Part shown: positions 17,228 through 20,708 of the stretch, one piece after another
Layout: every line of letters starts with the position of its first letter
Position numbering within the stretch: the first letter of the stretch is position 1
Virus record (IMG/VR): IMGVR_UViG_3300045988_020424
DNA: 20,708 bases
DNA from: a virus
Lineage: Duplodnaviria; Heunggongvirae; Uroviricota; Caudoviricetes
Strand: one strand, 5' to 3'
Program-made: the position numbers and the translations under genes
The notes under the pieces: generated by a model
Databases searched by the model: none
What the model was told of the DNA's origin: nothing
What the model saw: the letters and a program-made list of their open reading frames with translations, nothing else

Positions 17228-17269
17228 GGCGGTGATGGTTTCCCTTGAAGGACTATCACCGCCCTTTTT
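17228..17269 (+). terminator. Rho-independent terminator downstream of the tRNA
   Basis: 9-bp stem GGCGGTGAT (17228-17236) pairing with ATCACCGCC (17255-17263), 18-nt loop, then CTTTTTA. Confidence 0.6.
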
Positions 17270-17347
17270 ACAGCAGGACGCCATTGCGATGACTTCATGC
17301 TGTAAACCAGTACAGCCACGGAAGGCATAACTCATTGCTTCCAGTTC

Positions 17348-17370
17348 GCCCGGTTCGCCGGGCATTTTTT
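17348..17370 (+). terminator. Terminator-like hairpin 12 nt upstream of the moron start codon (possible sRNA terminator or attenuator)
   Basis: GCCCGG-TTCG-CCGGGC, a perfect 6-bp stem with tetraloop (17348-17363), followed by ATTTTTT (17364-17370) and then RBS AAGGTGAG. Confidence 0.5.
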
Positions 17371-17381
17371 AAGGTGAGATC

Positions 17382-17804
17382 ATGAAGACAATTGATATGT
17401 TGGCTAAGTATCTAAATGAATGGCCATTAAAATATTCTCGTATCGTTCAGGCTGAAGACTGCATTTTTTATGGCGTTTTTGCTGGTAATGAAATGCATTA
17501 CGAAGTAATTCAGAGTGAGGGACTGGCCGGGTTAACTCTTAGCGAAGACCATGGTACTAGCGTTACGTACCATGACTGGATTTCAGCGCAGAAAACTGAA
17601 ATGGAAAAAGGCAATGTGTTTGATATTTCTCGCGCTGTATACGCCAAAGAAAAAAGTGATGATGATTACATGCGCGAAAACTTATACAACATGAAGTTAC
17701 AATGCCTGGCTGAAGTGCTTAGTAAAAGATCTTTACTTGATGTGGTTGGTGCTGAGCAGGACGCCAAGGCAATCAACGCCGCATTCGATAAAATAACCTT
17801 CTAA
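17382..17804 (+). CDS. Moron: hypothetical 140-aa protein of unknown function, opposite strand to the structural operon
   Basis: ATG at 17382 with RBS AGGTGA and TAA stop at 17802-17804. Only convincing plus-strand gene in the window, visibly AT-richer than its neighbours, followed by its own terminator. Protein MKTIDMLAKYLNEWPLKYSRIVQAEDCIFYG... has no TM segment or signal peptide and no family I recognise. Confidence 0.75.
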   Translation: MKTIDMLAKYLNEWPLKYSRIVQAEDCIFYGVFAGNEMHYEVIQSEGLAGLTLSEDHGTSVTYHDWISAQKTEMEKGNVFDISRAVYAKEKSDDDYMRENLYNMKLQCLAEVLSKRSLLDVVGAEQDAKAINAAFDKITF

Positions 17805-17807
17805 CGC

Positions 17808-17821
17808 CGTGACATGTCACA
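17808..17821. repeat. Copy 2 of 14-bp motif CGTGACATGTCACA (plus orientation)
   Basis: Read directly from the sequence. Lies 4 nt after the moron stop codon and 3 nt before the terminator hairpin. Confidence 0.85.
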
Positions 17822-17824
17822 ATC

Positions 17825-17849
17825 AGCCCGCCGATTCGCGGGCTTTTTT
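17825..17849 (+). terminator. Rho-independent terminator of the moron
   Basis: AGCCCGC (17825-17831), loop CGATTC, GCGGGCT (17838-17844), T-run to 17849. Same stem sequence as the terminator at 431-452. The T-run overlaps the terL stop codon on the other strand. Confidence 0.65.
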
Positions 17850-19323
17850 ATGCAAAAGGATCATAGTCTGTGATGGCTTTGCCTTGCTGGTTCTGCTGCC
17901 CGGGAATTCGCAGACGCTTCGACACAGGGAACGCAAACGTCAGCAGTAGCGCATCGCCTTTACCAGGAGAACGCCCAAGTCGCTCTTTGATATCTTCCTT
18001 CGGTTCGATAACGATTTTACCGTCCACGCGAACTTTGTACTCTGCCGTCGACAGGTCGTCCGCTGTTTCCTGGTCATCCAGCATGCCGCCGAGCCTCAGC
18101 CATGTCTTGCATGAGTTGAACATCTCCCCACGCTTGTTGAGCATCTGCGGGTCAGTAGACGCGCCACCGAACGGAACAAGTTGCCATGTACGACCCCAGC
18201 CGTCACCGATTGACTTCAAACCGGTTCCGTAACCGAAGTCGATGAACACCGCGTCAGCCTGATACTGGTCTTCAAAGTCAGCGATACGCTTCGCCATAAT
18301 CAGATCGTCGGTAGTCTTGTTGCCAGTCCACAGCACCTTACTGTGTAGCCCCTGCCGCAGGTATATCACCGCGTCATCAACGCCGGAGTATGCCGGGTCA
18401 ACGCCGATTATCACCGGAGCATGTGCCACCTGCGCAGCGGTTACCACCCGTTTCATTGCCTCGTCAGTAAGACCGGTAGGGATAAACTGCAATTCAGATG
18501 CATCAGGGAATATGCCGCGCACACGGATTTTAACGAAGTCGCTGTCTTCCCCGTAGTCATCAACCCATTTCTGCAACTGCTGTTTGTTAGTGCCTTCCAC
18601 CGTTCGGCTGTCAATCTGCGCAGTTTTCCAGCGGTGTTTATATTTGCGGAAACATTCGCGGAAACGTCCGGTATTACGCGTCGGGTTTCCGAACGCCACC
18701 CAGATAATCTCAGTGTCTTCGTCCGTTAGTGCACCCTCGGCAACTTCCCACACCAGATCCGCAATGTTCGACGCTTCATCGAATACCACGATGATGCGTT
18801 TGCGCTCGTTGTGTAGTCCGGCGAATGCCTCAGTGTTGTGCTCAGACCAGGGGATTGCGTCAGCTCGCCACCGCTTGTCGTGTCCAGGATCATTGCTGTA
18901 CATCGCGGTAGCGGTACAGGTAAACCAGTCTTTCGTGATAGCAAGGTTCGACCACTTGATAATTTCCGGCCAGGTCTTCGTTCGTAGCTGGTTGTCGGTG
19001 TTGGCGGTCACCACAACCTTACAATCCTCGCAAGTGGACATGCCCCAGTTGATCAGCATTGAGATGAATGCGGATTTACCAATACCGTGACCAGAAGCGC
19101 GTGCCAGCATAAGCGGCTGATAACGCGTCTCTGGATTCTGCAGGTGATCACGTATCTCTCGGAACGCATCGGCCTGCCACTGACGTGGACCGGTAGCATG
19201 TGCCAGTTCAGTCCCCTCTTCCCCCCAAGGGAACGCATAGAGGGCATAGCCAAGCGGATCGTGAGTGAACCCTGCAATATCTTCGATTAACTGCTCTTCA
19301 GGAGATAACGCTGCATCTGTCAC
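17848..19323 (-). CDS. Terminase large subunit, 491 aa
   Basis: Walker A-like motif GHGIGKSAF near the N-terminus, size about 490 aa, position directly after the small subunit. Apparent GTG start at 19321-19323 overlaps the terS stop (GTGA). Confidence 0.9.
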   Translation of the reverse strand: MTDAALSPEEQLIEDIAGFTHDPLGYALYAFPWGEEGTELAHATGPRQWQADAFREIRDHLQNPETRYQPLMLARASGHGIGKSAFISMLINWGMSTCEDCKVVVTANTDNQLRTKTWPEIIKWSNLAITKDWFTCTATAMYSNDPGHDKRWRADAIPWSEHNTEAFAGLHNERKRIIVVFDEASNIADLVWEVAEGALTDEDTEIIWVAFGNPTRNTGRFRECFRKYKHRWKTAQIDSRTVEGTNKQQLQKWVDDYGEDSDFVKIRVRGIFPDASELQFIPTGLTDEAMKRVVTAAQVAHAPVIIGVDPAYSGVDDAVIYLRQGLHSKVLWTGNKTTDDLIMAKRIADFEDQYQADAVFIDFGYGTGLKSIGDGWGRTWQLVPFGGASTDPQMLNKRGEMFNSCKTWLRLGGMLDDQETADDLSTAEYKVRVDGKIVIEPKEDIKERLGRSPGKGDALLLTFAFPVSKRLRIPGQQNQQGKAITDYDPFA

Positions 19324-19916
19324 TGATTGCCATCCTGACGTTCTTTCAGTCTCTTCCTGGCTGCCGCTATGCGATCAGCAATTGTCACATTCACATTAAC
19401 ATCCAGGCGTTCTTTGAATGCATTGACATCGACGTGCTTACCAATCAGTTCGAGGTTCTTCACCTTGTCAGGCCATTTAATTTTTTTGAGGATTGTCTCT
19501 ATCGAATCCTCGTCCATGTTCATGATGGTCGATGACAGATCAAAGCCGCTAAGCGTAGTGCGCCAGATTTTCGGCCACTCGCGGATTGGCTTAAGGCTCC
19601 CATCGTCGTTGAGGATATCAATCACGTCCATCTGGTCGATCTCCACCAGGCGCATGAGAACGTAATCAGCACTGACGCGCATTCGTTTGTTGCGCTCCTC
19701 CATCAACTCGGCAATCCGTTTCTGAATGCGTTCATCGCGCATCATGACACTGGCTTTAACTGCCGCTGTATTTGGGGAGAATCCTGCATTAATCGCAGCC
19801 TGAGTCTGATTTTCAGGCGTTTTGATGTATGACTGGCAATAAGCCTCCTGCATTGCTGTTAGTGGCTTAAATTGCGTTGATTTGCGTTTATAGGTTTTAG
19901 GTTCAGCAGGCATCAT
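19320..19916 (-). CDS. Terminase small subunit, about 198 aa
   Basis: Start re-placed to the ATG pair at 19911-19916 (MMPAEPKTYKRK...) after a GGTGG RBS; the ORF-track start at 19994 would run through an upstream terminator and repeat region. Basic N-terminal segment, then helical domain, directly upstream of terL. Confidence 0.7.
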   Translation of the reverse strand: MMPAEPKTYKRKSTQFKPLTAMQEAYCQSYIKTPENQTQAAINAGFSPNTAAVKASVMMRDERIQKRIAELMEERNKRMRVSADYVLMRLVEIDQMDVIDILNDDGSLKPIREWPKIWRTTLSGFDLSSTIMNMDEDSIETILKKIKWPDKVKNLELIGKHVDVNAFKERLDVNVNVTIADRIAAARKRLKERQDGNQ

Positions 19917-19921
19917 AACCA

Positions 19922-19959
19922 CCATGGTAATAGTTACCGTTGTGGTAATAGTACCATGC
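19922..19959. promoter_or_regulatory. Repeat-rich element immediately upstream of terS (candidate late promoter / regulator or terminase-binding site)
   Basis: Imperfect palindrome: CATGGTA (19923-19929) and TACCATG (19952-19958) flank two GGTAATAGT direct repeats and a GGTAA-N3-TTACC inverted repeat. A -10-like TACTAT lies on the minus strand. Confidence 0.35.
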
Positions 19960-19960
19960 A

Positions 19961-19985
19961 AAATAAAGCCGCCATAGTTGGCGGC
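19961..19985 (-). terminator. Rho-independent terminator between the upstream small gene and terS (minus strand)
   Basis: GCCGCC (19968-19973), 6-nt loop, GGCGGC (19980-19985). On the minus strand it is followed by TTTATTTT (plus 19961-19967). Confidence 0.5.
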
Positions 19986-19990
19986 AGTAT

Positions 19991-20203
19991 TCAAAGTCCA
20001 TCAAATTCATCGTAAAAACTCTCGTCAAGATACCCTTCCCATTTACCGCGAATGAAAATTACATCCTCGCCGCAAGGGTGCTGACTGTCGATAACTATAT
20101 CCCTCCTGGCGCAACCATACTTATGCATGAGAAATTTAACCTCTTTCGGAAAATTTGCTGAGTTATCTCTCATATCTTCAAGGTCGTAGCGTATTTTTGG
20201 CAT
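19991..20203 (-). CDS. Hypothetical small protein, 70 aa
   Basis: Start re-placed to the ATG at 20201-20203 (MPKIRYDLEDMRD...) preceded by GAAGGTG; the ORF-track start at 20224 lies inside the palindrome. No family recognised. Confidence 0.5.
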   Translation of the reverse strand: MPKIRYDLEDMRDNSANFPKEVKFLMHKYGCARRDIVIDSQHPCGEDVIFIRGKWEGYLDESFYDEFDGL

Positions 20204-20211
20204 AACACCTT

Positions 20212-20225
20212 CGTGACATGTCACA
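20212..20225. repeat. Copy 3 of 14-bp motif CGTGACATGTCACA (plus orientation)
   Basis: Read directly from the sequence. It contains the TGA stop (20221-20223) of the 112-aa gene and sits immediately upstream of the RBS of the 70-aa gene. Confidence 0.85.
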
Positions 20226-20559
20226 CTATTAATTTCGTTTCATGCCAGCCTTTAGTCACCCAGCATTGCGAGTCACCATTACACGGGCATGAATTAACGG
20301 GAACTCTCTCGCCGCACTTACCGCAAAGTTTTCTGCTGATCGATTTTATACGCCCGCGCACACGTGCATCATCCTGGCGGATCAGCAGCGCGATGTACTC
20401 GGCCATTTCATAGGGATCGTGACCAGGGCGCCGGGCGGCGCAGTTCCGCGCCAGCATTTCCTGCTCCTGCTTATCCAGCACCAGTTCAATTTTGCGCTCA
20501 CCGGCGGCGGACTGCCGAGCGCGCTGCGCGGCTTTGCGCTCTGCTGCTGATTTAGCCAT
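20221..20559 (-). CDS. Hypothetical Cys-rich (zinc-ribbon-like) basic protein, 112 aa
   Basis: ATG at 20557-20559 with RBS AAGGTGA (the ORF-track start is a TTG one codon upstream). Basic Ala/Arg/Lys-rich N-terminus and C-terminal CGKCG...CPC...C cluster suggest a zinc-binding nucleic-acid-binding protein. No family assigned. Confidence 0.55.
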   Translation of the reverse strand: MAKSAAERKAAQRARQSAAGERKIELVLDKQEQEMLARNCAARRPGHDPYEMAEYIALLIRQDDARVRGRIKSISRKLCGKCGERVPVNSCPCNGDSQCWVTKGWHETKLIV

Positions 20560-20708
20560 CAATATTCACCTTTATAGCGAACACCTTTACCGGTTTATCG
20601 CCGAAGTGCGGATGTGTGATTGTCTTGATTTCATATCCGTCATACGGGACGTCAATTCTGCGGCTGGAATCGTCGCGCTTCGGATATCCCTTTGTGATAA
20701 TCAGGCGG
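20552..20708 (-). CDS. Partial ORF (C-terminal 51 codons) entering from beyond the right edge
   Basis: Open minus-strand frame from the window edge to TAA at 20552-20554, overlapping the next gene start by 8 nt (ATGGCTAA). Ends ...YPKRDDSSRRIDVPYDGYEIKTITHPHFGDKPVKVFAIKVNIDG. Short, so chance openness is not excluded. Confidence 0.35.
   Translation of the reverse strand, partial: RLIITKGYPKRDDSSRRIDVPYDGYEIKTITHPHFGDKPVKVFAIKVNIDG

Noticed and set aside
16807-17365. Minus-strand ORFs 16807-17070 and 17114-17365
   Set aside because: The second overlaps the tRNA gene and two terminator hairpins. The first lies in hairpin-rich non-coding sequence with no RBS. Both look like chance open frames.
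19917-19994. N-terminal extension of terS to the ORF-track start at 19994
   Set aside because: The extension would be translated through a terminator hairpin and the repeat cluster. The GGTGG RBS and ATG pair at 19911-19916 give a more plausible start.
1-20708. CRISPR arrays, IS elements or transposases, integrase, toxin-antitoxin pairs, restriction-modification genes
   Set aside because: No regularly spaced direct repeats, no terminal inverted repeats flanking a transposase-like ORF, and no ORF with motifs I recognise for these classes.

Overview
This window reads as the late (virion morphogenesis) region of a tailed phage or prophage, most likely a temperate podovirus of an enterobacterial host, almost entirely encoded on the minus strand (transcribed right to left). 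All calls rest on reading the sequence and ORF track by eye; no database search was run. Gene order from right to left: two small genes and a partial ORF, terminase small and large subunits, a plus-strand tRNA-Arg(UCU) and a 140-aa plus-strand moron gene with its own terminators, a 68-aa ORF, portal, a 98-aa ORF, scaffold, major capsid protein, two small head-associated ORFs, T7 gp11/gp12-like tail tubular proteins A and B, two small virion ORFs, three large internal/ejection-type proteins (837, 600 and 824 aa), a small 3-TM membrane protein, an Arc-like ribbon-helix-helix repressor and the start of an antirepressor (P22 immI-like). No CRISPR array, IS element, integrase or rRNA was seen. The most interesting items are: (1) the tRNA plus moron cassette inserted between terL and portal, encoding an unrecognisable 140-aa protein; (2) a 14-bp motif CGTGACATGTCACA with a perfect 12-bp palindromic core, present three times at gene 3' ends and twice fused to an intrinsic terminator; (3) a candidate sar-like antisense small RNA in the arc-ant junction. 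No known defence-system domain was recognised, so the moron is the main candidate for an undescribed function. Many gene starts were re-placed using RBS and stop/start coupling and differ from the raw ORF track.
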